NCBI GenBank assembly: GCA_963667175.2 | Contig: CAXXXF010000014.1 | Location: 224,001-288,000 of the forward strand | Source: Candidatus Latescibacterota bacterium | GTDB lineage: Bacteria > Latescibacterota > UBA2968 > GCA-2709665 | Reading direction: 5' to 3' | Length of the DNA stretch: 64,000 nt | Shown here: one piece after another, positions 11,202 through 21,910 of the stretch | Layout of the letters: every line of letters begins with the position of its first letter | How positions within the stretch are numbered: the first letter of the stretch is position 1 | Notes under the pieces: generated by a model | The model's database searches: none | Told to the model about the DNA's origin: nothing | Seen by the model: the letters and a program-made list of their open reading frames with translations, nothing else | Translations under genes and position numbers: made by a program

Positions 11202-13112
11202 ATGGATGCACGCAAAATCATCTCGCTCGTCCTTCTGACGGGCATCGCGGGCTGCGCCGCACCCCGGCAGGCTATCGACCCGCCGCAGCCGAAACCCCGC
11301 GGCGCCGACCCGCAGGCGTTGGGTTACTTCATCGACGCCAAACGGTTCGAACTTGCGGGGCAACTCGAAGACGCCGTGGAGGCGCTGAGAGCGGCCATTG
11401 CCATCGACTCCACGGCGGCCACCTTGCACAGTTCGCTGGCCCGCAATCTGATTTCGTTGAACCGGATCGCCGAAGCCGGCGACGTCGCGCGCAAGGCCGT
11501 GCGGCTGGAGCCCCGGGCGCCGGCCCATCGCTGGCTGCTCTATGACGCTCTGGTCAAGGGGCAGCGGGACACGCTGCTGGCCACGGCCCAGCTCGAGGCG
11601 GTCACCCGCCTGAATCCCGCCGATTTCCGGGCCTATGCCCAGTTGCTCCAGATTTACACCGCCAGACGGCAACGCCAGGAAGTCCTCCGTGTACTGGATC
11701 GGGCCGCGTCTGTGCCGGCGCCGAACATCCGGTACGATCTGTTGATCGCCGACGGTTATCAGCGCCTGAATCTGCCTCGCAAGGCAGCCGGCATCTACCG
11801 CCGCATCCTCCATCGCGATCCGGAGCAGGCGCAGATCTGGAATCGCCTTGGCGACCTGACAATCGCCGGAGGCGACACCCTGGGCGCCGCGGCCATCTAT
11901 CGAACGGGGCTCGCACACTTCCGACACCGCCTGAACAAGACGACCCAGGCGTTCTGGCAGAAGCTCATCGCCATCTACGACCGAGAAGACCATCTGGACG
12001 CGCTTGTTTCGGAAACCCCGCCGGACACGCTTTTCCTGGACCGATTGTCCGCCCACCTTCCGCGCAGCATTCCGACGTCGGGCGCCGATAGCATCCTGGT
12101 GAGGCGTCGCTATCGACATACGGAGGTCCTGCTGGACCGCCTTATCCGCGAACTGCCCGAACGACACGATCTGCTTGGCCGGAAGGCATCGCTGCTCCGT
12201 GCGAGTGGCCGGCCGGAAGAAGCCAGACGCGCCTTTCGCAAGGCGATCTCGCTTGACCCGGATCCCTGGTACCGTCTGGGCGTTGCGCGCACCTATCTGA
12301 GCGAACGGGATCTGGACTCCGCGATCGAGATTCTCGATGGACTCTTCGGCGAGACACTCGCGGATTCCGAAATCTATCCCCGGATCGTGTCCGCGCTCGG
12401 ATGGGCGTACGTCGTGAGCAACCGCCCGGCACAGGCGAGGAGGGTCTACAGCCAGGCGGTTGACGCCCGGCCGGGCGAGCTTCGATATCAACTTGAGGTC
12501 GGACGTACTTATCTGGCCGAGAAGAACTGGGAGGCGGCGATTCCCGCCCTGGAGAGCCTGAAGAATCGCCTTCAAGACGACAGGGAACTCTTGGAGGACG
12601 TGCTTTTCGACCTGGGCCACAGTTACGAGCGCGCAGGTCGCTTCGACAGCGCGGTCGCCGTATTTCAGCACCTTCTCGCCCGGGCCCCGGACAACCACAA
12701 GGCGTTGAACTATCTGGGGTACATGTTCGCGGAAAAAGGCATCCGCCTGGGCGAAGCGGAAGACTATATCACACGCGCGCTGAAGGGCGACCCGAAAAAC
12801 GGCGCGTACCTGGACAGCATGGGATGGGTCTACTTCCAGCAACGGCGATACGACGAAGCGATGGAGTACCTCAAGCTCGCGCTCAGGGTCGAAGAACGCA
12901 GGTTCAACGAAATCGAGGCGGCGTTACGCACAGCCGGCCAGCGAGAGAATCTGTCGATCATCCTGGATCACGTGGGCGATGCGGCCCGGGCCCTGGGCAA
13001 CGTCGAGGAAGCCGTCGAACACTGGCAGCGCGCGGCCGATCTGAATCCCGGGAACGAGTCCATACGACGCAAACTGCAATCATTCGGCCCCGATAGCGCA
13101 AGCGGACCCTGA
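11202..13112 (+). CDS. Tetratricopeptide-repeat lipoprotein
   Basis: Lipobox IAGC; many TPR-like repeats; ALNYLGY and AYLDSMGWVYF motifs. Confidence 0.85.
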   Translation: MDARKIISLVLLTGIAGCAAPRQAIDPPQPKPRGADPQALGYFIDAKRFELAGQLEDAVEALRAAIAIDSTAATLHSSLARNLISLNRIAEAGDVARKAVRLEPRAPAHRWLLYDALVKGQRDTLLATAQLEAVTRLNPADFRAYAQLLQIYTARRQRQEVLRVLDRAASVPAPNIRYDLLIADGYQRLNLPRKAAGIYRRILHRDPEQAQIWNRLGDLTIAGGDTLGAAAIYRTGLAHFRHRLNKTTQAFWQKLIAIYDREDHLDALVSETPPDTLFLDRLSAHLPRSIPTSGADSILVRRRYRHTEVLLDRLIRELPERHDLLGRKASLLRASGRPEEARRAFRKAISLDPDPWYRLGVARTYLSERDLDSAIEILDGLFGETLADSEIYPRIVSALGWAYVVSNRPAQARRVYSQAVDARPGELRYQLEVGRTYLAEKNWEAAIPALESLKNRLQDDRELLEDVLFDLGHSYERAGRFDSAVAVFQHLLARAPDNHKALNYLGYMFAEKGIRLGEAEDYITRALKGDPKNGAYLDSMGWVYFQQRRYDEAMEYLKLALRVEERRFNEIEAALRTAGQRENLSIILDHVGDAARALGNVEEAVEHWQRAADLNPGNESIRRKLQSFGPDSASGP

Positions 13113-13113
13113 C

Positions 13114-13917
13114 ATGGCAACCCGCCAGCGGTCCGGAACGCGATCCCTCACGTCAACGCCGCTCCTTTATCTGTTTCTCCTGGCGCTTCCCGGCTGCGCC
13201 GCGTCTCTTTCCCGCCTCCCTGAAGTGGCGCCGGTCTCAACCCCCGCCGACCTGCTGCGCATTGTCACCGCGCGGGCTGACAGCCTCAAGGATCTCGAGG
13301 TCCGCGCCGGCGTCAACATGCGCGTCGACGGCGTCAAGCAAAAGGGGGTTGTCGTACTCTTCTACCGGGCGCCGGGCGCTCTGAAAATCGAGATGAAGGA
13401 CGCGCTGCTCGGCCTTGGCGTCCTCTCGGCCCTGGCTCGCGGCGACTCTCTCTCCATATACCTGCCAAGAACCAACCACTTTCTCGAGGGGCTTTCAGAG
13501 GACGTGCTCCGAACCGTCACCGGCGTGGATCTCACGCCTTACGGGGCCACGCATGCCCTGCTGGGCCTCGTCAACATGTCTCCGCTGAATCTGCCGCGCA
13601 TCGGCGAATTCCAGGCCGACCGGGACAGTCTCAATCTGGAAATCATCGAACCGCTGTGGACGCGCCGCCTGCGTTTCGATCCCCGCACCGCCGTCCTGCT
13701 CGAAGAACGCGTTTATTCGCCACGGGGTCTGTTGATATCCAGCCGAAATCTCTCCGAATACCAGCTGCAGAATGGAATCCCGCTTCCCCGCCGGATGGAG
13801 ATTGTCCAGGGCAGCGACCGGATCCGGATTCAGGTCATCCGCCGGAAGGTCAATTCCGGCGTGCCGGAACACCGGTTTCGGCTGAACGTGCCCCGCGACG
13901 TCATTCATCTCGAATAA
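13114..13917 (+). CDS. LolA/LolB-fold lipoprotein (DUF4292-like)
   Basis: Lipobox LPGC, beta-rich sequence, C-terminal F.L.VP; coupled to the TPR gene. Confidence 0.65.
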   Translation: MATRQRSGTRSLTSTPLLYLFLLALPGCAASLSRLPEVAPVSTPADLLRIVTARADSLKDLEVRAGVNMRVDGVKQKGVVVLFYRAPGALKIEMKDALLGLGVLSALARGDSLSIYLPRTNHFLEGLSEDVLRTVTGVDLTPYGATHALLGLVNMSPLNLPRIGEFQADRDSLNLEIIEPLWTRRLRFDPRTAVLLEERVYSPRGLLISSRNLSEYQLQNGIPLPRRMEIVQGSDRIRIQVIRRKVNSGVPEHRFRLNVPRDVIHLE

Positions 13918-13966
13918 CGCGGCATCGCGACTTCTATCAACGAATCTGGCGCCCTCTCGGACAGAG

Positions 13967-14133
13967 CGATCAGCCATTAGCTTTCAGCCGTCGGCTTGAA
14001 TCAAGAGCAACTGAATTTAAGTCTGCGCCGTGAGGAAACAGGGTCGTAACGGGCGCAGACCTCACCCCCCGGCCTGCCTGCGCCGAGACCTGCTCGGCAG
14101 GCAGGCCCCCTCTCCCGGGGGGAGAGGGGGAGC
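13967..14133 (+). repeat. Heptamer array followed by a CCCCTCTCCC element carrying a 33-bp CCTG...CAGG insert (14073-14105)
   Basis: Same array-then-element order as 567-776; an insert-free version of the host element is at 57257-57302 (rc). Confidence 0.8.
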
Positions 14134-14579
14134 AAAGCTGGGCGCCCTGACCGGGTCACAGCGCGCAGTCGCCACCACTGGCAGAACGCAGGCGCGATCC
14201 ATCGGATTGCTTCTGTCTGTATTCCGGCAGAAGGTCCACTAAATGGGGCCTATACACCTGTTTTTCCAACTCATCTGTCCACGAGGTATGGGCAGTTCAG
14301 GGGGATCGAGTAGATATAGAGGCCCTTTGACCTTAATTCGTAGAAAACAGCAACGCGGAGCCGCGACGAAGCCTTTCGAAACGGGCCGAAATGAGCGTCC
14401 GAAGGGACATCCTTTCCGTTCACGTCCGGGGACCTGAAGGTTCCTGGAAATCCGAAGTCAGATCGCCTTTATTTACTTGCGTATATTCGAATTAACGTTC
14501 CCGAAACATTTCAAATCGAGGTTAATGCTTGACATTTGTAATGCAATCGTTATTTTTTTTGTGAGAAAGGATCTAATTT

Positions 14580-15029
14580 ATGTCTGCAGCAATTGCGCAG
14601 GCAGTGGCTTTTCAAGAAGCATTCAGTAAGATCGAAGCGCCCTGCCAGCGAATAAAACACACGCTTTCCAATAATCTTGAGACTGAGTTCAAGAACGACA
14701 TTGTCCAGCGGACAAAATGGCTCAGTGATTGGATGAGTGTTTTTGAAATTATGATTAAGGAAGATAGCTGGAATGCACTGGAAGACGGCCTGTTGGAATC
14801 GGTTGAGGAGTGTGAAGAATTAACCAAGCTCGCAGAACGATTGTTTTTGTCTATTCTGAAACAACACGACACCACTGCCAATGAACTTTTGAATATGCTC
14901 AGGGCGTTTATTGGACTCTTGCAGGAACTTAGATGGGAAATACTGATTCAGCAGGGGCAAGAAGACAAACCTGTGTCTGATAGAGTTCATGCAACCGCGG
15001 ATTCCTTTATGGAGTCCTTGAGGATATAG
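14580..15029 (+). CDS. Low-GC acidic helical protein, possible antitoxin
   Basis: AT-rich ORF with TTGACA promoter near 14529 and AAGGA RBS; overlaps a RelE-like remnant; acidic C-terminus. Confidence 0.6.
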   Translation: MSAAIAQAVAFQEAFSKIEAPCQRIKHTLSNNLETEFKNDIVQRTKWLSDWMSVFEIMIKEDSWNALEDGLLESVEECEELTKLAERLFLSILKQHDTTANELLNMLRAFIGLLQELRWEILIQQGQEDKPVSDRVHATADSFMESLRI

Positions 15030-15200
15030 AGACGATCAATCTCTATCAATTTACGGATCTGGTATTCGAGAACCATAGCAATTCATTCAAAAAACAATTC
15101 GTCAAGTTACCCCAGCGTAGGCAAGATGCTCTTGAAACTACGCTGGGGTAACTTTTGAATGGTACGCTTTCCGGCGGAAATGATCTTGAAACCCGAATTA
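15020..15200 (+). pseudogene. RelE/ParE-like toxin remnant with internal stop
   Basis: Frame from 15020 reads ...HSNSFKKQFVKLPQRRQDALETTLG*LLNG; no clear start codon; boundaries approximate. Confidence 0.45.
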
Positions 15201-15375
15201 TTCATGAAAGCTGGTGGGTTTGTTATATAATCGGTTGATTTTCAATAACATGAGTGGGGAATATAACGAAAACCCTGATTCGTCCGAAATCCAGTTGACC
15301 GGCGTCATGGCGGGGTGTCAGGCTGACGTGCAATATCGTTTATTTACGCCTCGTTTGGCAACTAACTTCAGACAC

Positions 15376-15607
15376 GGCTTTTTTCGTTTTTATCGTGTGT
15401 TTCGTAATTTCTGATGTTGGTTCTCTCGTGCCTTTGTCGCGCTTTTTGGTTTTCATCGTGTCGATCCTGTCCATCCATGTAAGTTCTGTTTTTGTGGATG
15501 ATTCAGAGTTGTAGCCTTTTTCGTGTATTTCGCGTGTTTCGTAGTTTCTGAAGTTCGTTTTCTTTCGCTTTTGGTTTCTATCCTGTCCATCCTGTCCATC
15601 CATGTTT
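15376..15607 (-). repeat. Alternating 9-bp-period repeats, A type (ACGAAACAC) and B type (CATGGATGGACAGGAT), in order A-B-A-B
   Basis: ttcgtgtatttcgcgtgtttcgtagttt and atcctgtccatcctgtccatccatg; A type also at 58405-58437, B type at 39124-39157 and 52526-52550. Confidence 0.8.
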
Positions 15608-15678
15608 GTTCCGTTTCATGAATTAATAGGAATAGACAATATGTACAGGAAGTATCGAATGAACCCGCTACACTGACC

Positions 15679-17100
15679 ATGTCCGATACCCCGAATCGCA
15701 ACCATTCCCATTTCCATTTCGGCTTTGTGCTCGCCTCGCTCTTCATTGCGCTGACGGTCGGGTTCGGGTACGCGGCTGTCCTCGCTGTACTGATCGGCTT
15801 CCAGATTTCGATGGGCGCCTGGTGGGTCGCCATGCTCCAGGCCCATGGACACGCGCAGCTTCTGGGCTGGATCGGCCTTTTCATCATCGGCGTCAGCCTC
15901 TACTTCCTGCCTCGTCTGGCCGGTACCCCGCTCCGCTATCCCCGGTTTCCGGCGTGGATTCTGCGCTTCCTCGTAACCGGCATCCTGCTCCGCGCCGTTT
16001 CGCAGCCGCTGCTCGCCGCGGGCGCCGAAGGTTCGATCCGCGTCTGCCTTCAATGGGCGCTCGGGTTCTCCGCGCTGCTGGAAACCACGGGCGTGTTCTG
16101 TTACATCGCGCTGCTGGTCGTTACGTTACGCCGCGCCGCGCCGAATCGCCCCGCCCTCCACGCGGTGCGCGTCTTCCTGGCTATTGCGATTGCGGGATGG
16201 GGACTGTATTCGCTGCTCGCCGGCGCCCTCGCGGTTCACGCGAGCCTTGGCGACAGCCCGCTTCTGCACATCGCGTGGAACAGATTCGGCATTGAACTAT
16301 TCATTGGCTTCGTCATCCTTCCGATGGCGATGGCGCTTTCCGTCCGTACGTTTCCGCTCTACCTGCGCCTGCCTGCCGTCCGCTGGCCCGTCGCCCGGTA
16401 CGGTCAGGTCTATCTGCTCGCGCTCATCCTGATCCATGCGCCTGTTCTGGCGCAGCTGTCCGAGACGTCCTTCGCGCCGGAACTAGCCCATCTCTCGCCC
16501 ATCGGAAAGGTCCTGAGAGGCGGAATCCTGCTTCTCTTCATCTGGAAACTGGACATTCTGCTTCGGTGGTATCCTCCATGGACCGTCAATCGCATCGGCG
16601 AACCCGGTCCCGACAGGCGCCCCACGCGTCCGGGCCTGCCGGACTACGGGGAGTTCGGCCGGTTCGATCGCCTTCTCTACGCCGCCTTCGTCTTCCTGGC
16701 CCTCGCCTCTGCGGCCGAACTGCTGGATGGCGCGCTCGCTCTGTTTCGACTCCCCTCTCCCTTCGATCCCGATGCATTGCGCCACACCCATCTCGCGGGG
16801 TTCATCACCCTCCTTCTCCTTGGGATGGCGCCTCGAATGGTACCCGGCTTCCTCCACAAACGCGGCGTGGCCGTTCCGGGCCTGGTGGCTGTCACGTTCT
16901 ATCTCGCGACCGCCGCCGCGGTCTGCCGCATCGCGCCTTTGCTCCTCGCGGAGATTCTGGATCGCGTTCCCTACGGGTTGCCGGTCTCGATGACCGCATT
17001 CGGCCTTTCCGGCCTGCTCGGATGGGCGGCGGCGGCAGTTCTGGCCTGCAATCTCTGGCTGACGTGGCGCAACGCCGACGTCAATGCCGATACGCCCTGA
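15679..17100 (+). CDS. NnrS-like polytopic membrane protein
   Basis: About 12 hydrophobic segments; AHGHAQLLGW, LYFLPR, ALRHTHLAGF, GMAPRMVP. Confidence 0.7.
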   Translation: MSDTPNRNHSHFHFGFVLASLFIALTVGFGYAAVLAVLIGFQISMGAWWVAMLQAHGHAQLLGWIGLFIIGVSLYFLPRLAGTPLRYPRFPAWILRFLVTGILLRAVSQPLLAAGAEGSIRVCLQWALGFSALLETTGVFCYIALLVVTLRRAAPNRPALHAVRVFLAIAIAGWGLYSLLAGALAVHASLGDSPLLHIAWNRFGIELFIGFVILPMAMALSVRTFPLYLRLPAVRWPVARYGQVYLLALILIHAPVLAQLSETSFAPELAHLSPIGKVLRGGILLLFIWKLDILLRWYPPWTVNRIGEPGPDRRPTRPGLPDYGEFGRFDRLLYAAFVFLALASAAELLDGALALFRLPSPFDPDALRHTHLAGFITLLLLGMAPRMVPGFLHKRGVAVPGLVAVTFYLATAAAVCRIAPLLLAEILDRVPYGLPVSMTAFGLSGLLGWAAAAVLACNLWLTWRNADVNADTP

Positions 17101-17161
17101 CCGGCCAAAAAGAAAACGCTCCCGTCGACTGCCGGAAGCGTTTCGATCGTAACGCAGGCGC

Positions 17162-17473
17162 TCAGTCCCGCGCCGGGGCAGGCGCCCGCGGCCTGCGTTG
17201 TCTCTCCTTGACGCGCTTGAGCTGACGGACCATCTTGTCGATCGCGCCGCCAAGCGCGGGGTGAATGACATCCTGTTCGTCGGTGGCCTTCAATATATGG
17301 TTATGGACGTGCACCACAATCTCAACCCGGAACATCCGGTTTTCCCGCTCCAGGGTGATCCGCGTGTCCAGAATCGGTTCATAGAACTGTCTCAGTTTTT
17401 CTGTTTCCTTTTCGATGTACTCCCGCAAGCGGCCGGACACCTCCAGGTTCTTCCCCGTAATTTCCGTTTTCAT
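17162..17473 (-). CDS. hpf: Ribosome hibernation promoting factor (short HPF/RaiA)
   Basis: MKTEITGKNLEVS..LREYI, AIDKMVRQLKR; GGAGG RBS. Confidence 0.88.
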   Translation of the reverse strand: MKTEITGKNLEVSGRLREYIEKETEKLRQFYEPILDTRITLERENRMFRVEIVVHVHNHILKATDEQDVIHPALGGAIDKMVRQLKRVKERQRRPRAPAPARD

Positions 17474-17501
17474 CGCCACCTCCTTGCGCATGGTTGCACG
17501 A

Positions 17502-18362
17502 TCAACCGCCGACTTCTCCACGGGTTCCACCTGCCGTTGAAACGGCGCCTCGCCCTTTGAACCAGATTTCCGCCGCGTTCGCAAACGGCCCCACAATGAA
17601 TAACGCATAGAACGGGGCATAGACCTGTTCATGCAAACGCAATACCGCTTCGACCGCCGCCACGAAAAACGCAACCCAGCACTGGCCCCGCCTGGACTTC
17701 ACCGTTGTCTTCGGATCGGTAATCATAAAGAAGATAAACAGCTGGTACATCGGCCCCGTTATTGGCGCGATGCCGGCCAGATACGCCTGCTCCGACATGT
17801 GACTTCGAACAAATCCCAGCACTAGGAACGAAACCACGTACGTCAGGCAGATGTGCAAGCGCTTTACCCGCCACACGGCCATCCAGCCAAAGATCCAGAT
17901 CACCAGCATGACCCAGACGGCGTTGCCCCACTGAACGCTCAGCCCGGCGGCCATCTCCGGCGCCAGGAAGAACACCGCGCACACGCCGAGATTGGAAGGA
18001 TTCCAGAGATGCCGCCCGCGCCAGCGGATCACGTACTTGGAAAGAATCGACACGGCGCTGCAAAGCGCATAGGGCCAGAGCCAGAGCGAGCGGATCAGAA
18101 TCCCCACACTGATTCCGGTAATGTAACCGCTCACGAAATTTGCTTTGCGGCTTCCGTGCAGCCAACCGAGCACGGCCTCCGCGCCAATGGCAACCGCAAT
18201 CGCCAACGCCGTTTTCGACAGACCCTCGAGAATGCCGAACGTAATCTGACTGCCGACGAGAATGAAGGTGATGAGCGCCGGCGGCAGGAAGCGATGACCG
18301 TCGTTCGACCACCATGCCCGCAATGAAGAGCGGGGCGCAGCCAGGTCCGTGTCCGTAGTCAA
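17502..18362 (-). CDS. RnfD/NqrB-like (UnbU-like) membrane protein
   Basis: SKYVIR..GRHLWNPSN and FIFFMITDPKT motifs; TTG start with GGAGG RBS. Confidence 0.75.
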   Translation of the reverse strand: MTTDTDLAAPRSSLRAWWSNDGHRFLPPALITFILVGSQITFGILEGLSKTALAIAVAIGAEAVLGWLHGSRKANFVSGYITGISVGILIRSLWLWPYALCSAVSILSKYVIRWRGRHLWNPSNLGVCAVFFLAPEMAAGLSVQWGNAVWVMLVIWIFGWMAVWRVKRLHICLTYVVSFLVLGFVRSHMSEQAYLAGIAPITGPMYQLFIFFMITDPKTTVKSRRGQCWVAFFVAAVEAVLRLHEQVYAPFYALFIVGPFANAAEIWFKGRGAVSTAGGTRGEVGG

Positions 18363-18886
18363 CGTATCACCTCCGTTCGAAGGGCCGCGCGCGAAGGCTC
18401 GTGATTCCAAATAAGGACAAAAGTCCGCATCCGGCAACCCAAAAAGCGAGGCGGGCGCCCCGGGCTGCCTAGTGTCCTGTCCCGGAAATAAGTTGCCTGA
18501 ATTCGGCCGTCGAGTCGCCCGGCTCGCAAGGCGCCAGAGCGCAGGCGACCTGGCCAGGTCGACGAGCGAAGGCAACGCTGCGAGACGGGATGAATCGGCG
18601 GAAGAATGGTGAGGTATTATCGGGACAGGACATTAGGTCTTTCGCGGGAATTTCGATTCGCCTATCTTTCGGCCGCCGACGGAAGCCACAGGGCGCCGAA
18701 CGGAGATCGAATCGACGGAAACGACTCCTGTACGTGTATACGCCCGGGGGAACGATCCGGTTGCCTGGCGATATCAATCCGAGGATGCCGGATATCTTCA
18801 TGGGCGACCCGCCGGTCGCCCATGCTACACGTCGGGGTCATTATCCATTCCAGTAACCACAAACCCTGACGTGAAAGGATCCACGA

Positions 18887-20005
18887 ATGCCAAAGGTCCT
18901 CCTTCTGGGCGGCTTCCTGCCCGGCCAGTCCCTCTGGAGCATTCAGCAGGGGTTCAAGCGCATCGGCTACGACGTCCTCTATCAACCCACGCGAGGGTGT
19001 ATCGAGGCCCATCTTGAGGCCGATATCGCGCTGGCGAAGGAGGAGGCCGACGTCATCCCCCCACACGAAACGTGGGACCTGAAATACAGGGATATCGAAG
19101 CGTTCCAGGAAGGTCTGTTCAAGACGATTATCGAACACGAACCGGTACTGCTCATCTGGTGGTTCAGCAAAGACGACCGCCCGCCCGGGCTCATCGCGGA
19201 ACTTCGGGAAAGATTCCCCTGGTGCAAGACCGTCACCCATACGCAGGACGACCCCTGGGACCTGCTGCGGAGCCCTCATTTCACGGCGGAGTTCGAATTC
19301 GCGGCCACGTGTTGCAGAGAAAGCGTGGACGTCTACGCCAGTCGCGGGATACGGGCCATCGTCCTCTACCCGCCGCCGGCGATGGAACTGCATCGGCTCT
19401 CGAGACCGGCGCGACACGAGGAATGTGACTTCTCCGTCACCATCATGTCGCTCTACACAAAAGAAGGCGGCAGCCCGGAGGAGTACCTGGAATCCGAAGA
19501 CCTGGTCAAACGGATCACCCACACCATTCCCTTCCCGCGGCAGCGGGCGCTGCGGCAAGACATGGTCGCCGCGCTGACAGACCTGGGACGGGTGCACGTC
19601 TACGGCGGCCTGGGATTCGGCACGTTCGAAAACCTGCCCCGGTATTCCTATCGCGGCTTCCGGAGCTACATGGAACTTCCGGGCGTGTACAGGGCCTCGA
19701 AGATCAACGTCAACCAGCACAACTCACCCGAAGCGTACGGGTACCTGAATCAACGGGACACCGCAATTACCGGCAGCGGCGGATTCATGTTGACCGATTA
19801 CGTTGCGGGCATCGAGGAAATCTTCGACGTCGGCACGGAGATAGATACGTGGTCCGACCTGGAGGAACTCCGGCAAAAAGCGCGATGGTGGCTCGAACAC
19901 GAAACCCAGCGGAAAAACGCCGCGGCGCGCGCGCAGGACCGAATCCTCAAAGAGTATGGCAACGCGGCCTATGCCAGGAAATTGACTGAATTCGTGAAAG
20001 GATAG
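18887..20005 (+). CDS. CgeB/GT4-like glycosyltransferase
   Basis: DDPW, YRASKINVN, NQRD..ITGSGGFMLTD, C-terminal ARAQDRIL pattern typical of Glyco_trans_1_2. Confidence 0.75.
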   Translation: MPKVLLLGGFLPGQSLWSIQQGFKRIGYDVLYQPTRGCIEAHLEADIALAKEEADVIPPHETWDLKYRDIEAFQEGLFKTIIEHEPVLLIWWFSKDDRPPGLIAELRERFPWCKTVTHTQDDPWDLLRSPHFTAEFEFAATCCRESVDVYASRGIRAIVLYPPPAMELHRLSRPARHEECDFSVTIMSLYTKEGGSPEEYLESEDLVKRITHTIPFPRQRALRQDMVAALTDLGRVHVYGGLGFGTFENLPRYSYRGFRSYMELPGVYRASKINVNQHNSPEAYGYLNQRDTAITGSGGFMLTDYVAGIEEIFDVGTEIDTWSDLEELRQKARWWLEHETQRKNAAARAQDRILKEYGNAAYARKLTEFVKG

Positions 20006-20043
20006 CGAATCCCGGACCGCGACTGACAGGATTCCAGAATGTG

Positions 20044-20077
20044 AAACGCCTCCGGAGGTGACCGGCCGGAGGCGTTT
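20044..20077. terminator. Hairpin between convergent genes (probable terminator)
   Basis: 12-bp stem aaacgcctccgg / ccggaggcgttt. Confidence 0.65.
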
Positions 20078-20084
20078 GTGCGTA

Positions 20085-20842
<758 letters not shown>

Positions 20843-20856
20843 CATGGACGTTTCGC

Positions 20857-21726
20857 CTACCCCGGTTCGGATTCGCCGAGGATACGCAGCGCGTTCCGAT
20901 ACGTCATCTTGTCGTACGCGTCCCGTGGCAACGAAAGGCCCTGGAAGAAATCCATCAGCGCCGTGTCGAAATAGTCCCGACCCCACAGCAGTTTGTCCTG
21001 AAACTCGAGGAGGAATCTCTTTCCGACCGCGGGGTCGCGCTTAAGCGCATTCAGGGCCGAACCCGCCGAGAGGTCCGCCCACAGATTGTCGTACTGGCGC
21101 ATCAGTTCCCACAGTCTTCCTCCCGGAAGTACCGGCGCCCGCGGGTACGACTCTTTGTCATAGAGATCGTCTCCCGAGATGTGCGCCCAGAACCCCGGCG
21201 CGTGACCGATAAACGTGGTTTCCGGGCAGGCCGCGACCGCCCGCTCGAATGCCTCGATACTCCCCCCATACCAGTAGTTCGGTCTGGGATAGTTCCCCCG
21301 GCCATGATTGATGGGATAGTCGAGGTGGATCGTTATGGGCAGTTTCATTTCGGCGCAGGCGTTATAGAGCTGAATCGCGTCCGGATCGTCGAACAGGACC
21401 CGCACCTTCATCTCGCTGGCAACCTGAATGCCGTGTATCTCATGCGCCGCCCGCAGGCGGTCCGCCGCGTCGGGCCGTTTCGGATGCGGGAAATAGCCCA
21501 GCACGAAGCGGTCGCGCGCCTCCCTTCCCACCTGCAGCACGTCTTCCAGCGGAATGCCCACCCCGCCCGGAGGCAGGGCTTTGTGATAGGACGGATCGTA
21601 TTCGTCTTCCGGCGCCTCCCAGGTAAACAGCCACATCCTGTCGATGCCCTGTTCATCCATATTGTTCAAAATCCTCTTTGCATCGTAACCGTGCCAGTTC
21701 GGATGGTTGTGGGCGTCAATCAGCAT
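20857..21726 (-). CDS. Amidohydrolase_2 family protein
   Basis: IDAHNH, ITIHL, FIGHAPGFW, LLWGRDY, NALRIL. Confidence 0.88.
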   Translation of the reverse strand: MLIDAHNHPNWHGYDAKRILNNMDEQGIDRMWLFTWEAPEDEYDPSYHKALPPGGVGIPLEDVLQVGREARDRFVLGYFPHPKRPDAADRLRAAHEIHGIQVASEMKVRVLFDDPDAIQLYNACAEMKLPITIHLDYPINHGRGNYPRPNYWYGGSIEAFERAVAACPETTFIGHAPGFWAHISGDDLYDKESYPRAPVLPGGRLWELMRQYDNLWADLSAGSALNALKRDPAVGKRFLLEFQDKLLWGRDYFDTALMDFFQGLSLPRDAYDKMTYRNALRILGESEPG

Positions 21727-21910
21727 CTTGTCTTACCTCCCTGTAGAAATCTCCCACGTTTTATCCCGGTCTGCCGGGCCTCCGTTCGGCGCGAACAAAC
21801 GACTTGACAAATCACCCGAACCCGATAATATGGGACGCGCAATCCGGAGACAGGCCCGCCTGCGCGGACGGCCGCCACGTTGTATCGCGTTCATGACGGA
21901 AAGGAATCGA

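Noticed and set aside
11058-12842. 594-aa minus-strand ORF
   Set aside because: Shadow of the TPR lipoprotein gene.
15104-15154. Integron attC site
   Set aside because: Lacks RYYYAAC...GTTRRRY ends in the right orientation, is single-copy, and no integrase is present.
15340-15603. 87-aa ORF MDGQDGQDR...
   Set aside because: Translation of the nonamer repeat array.
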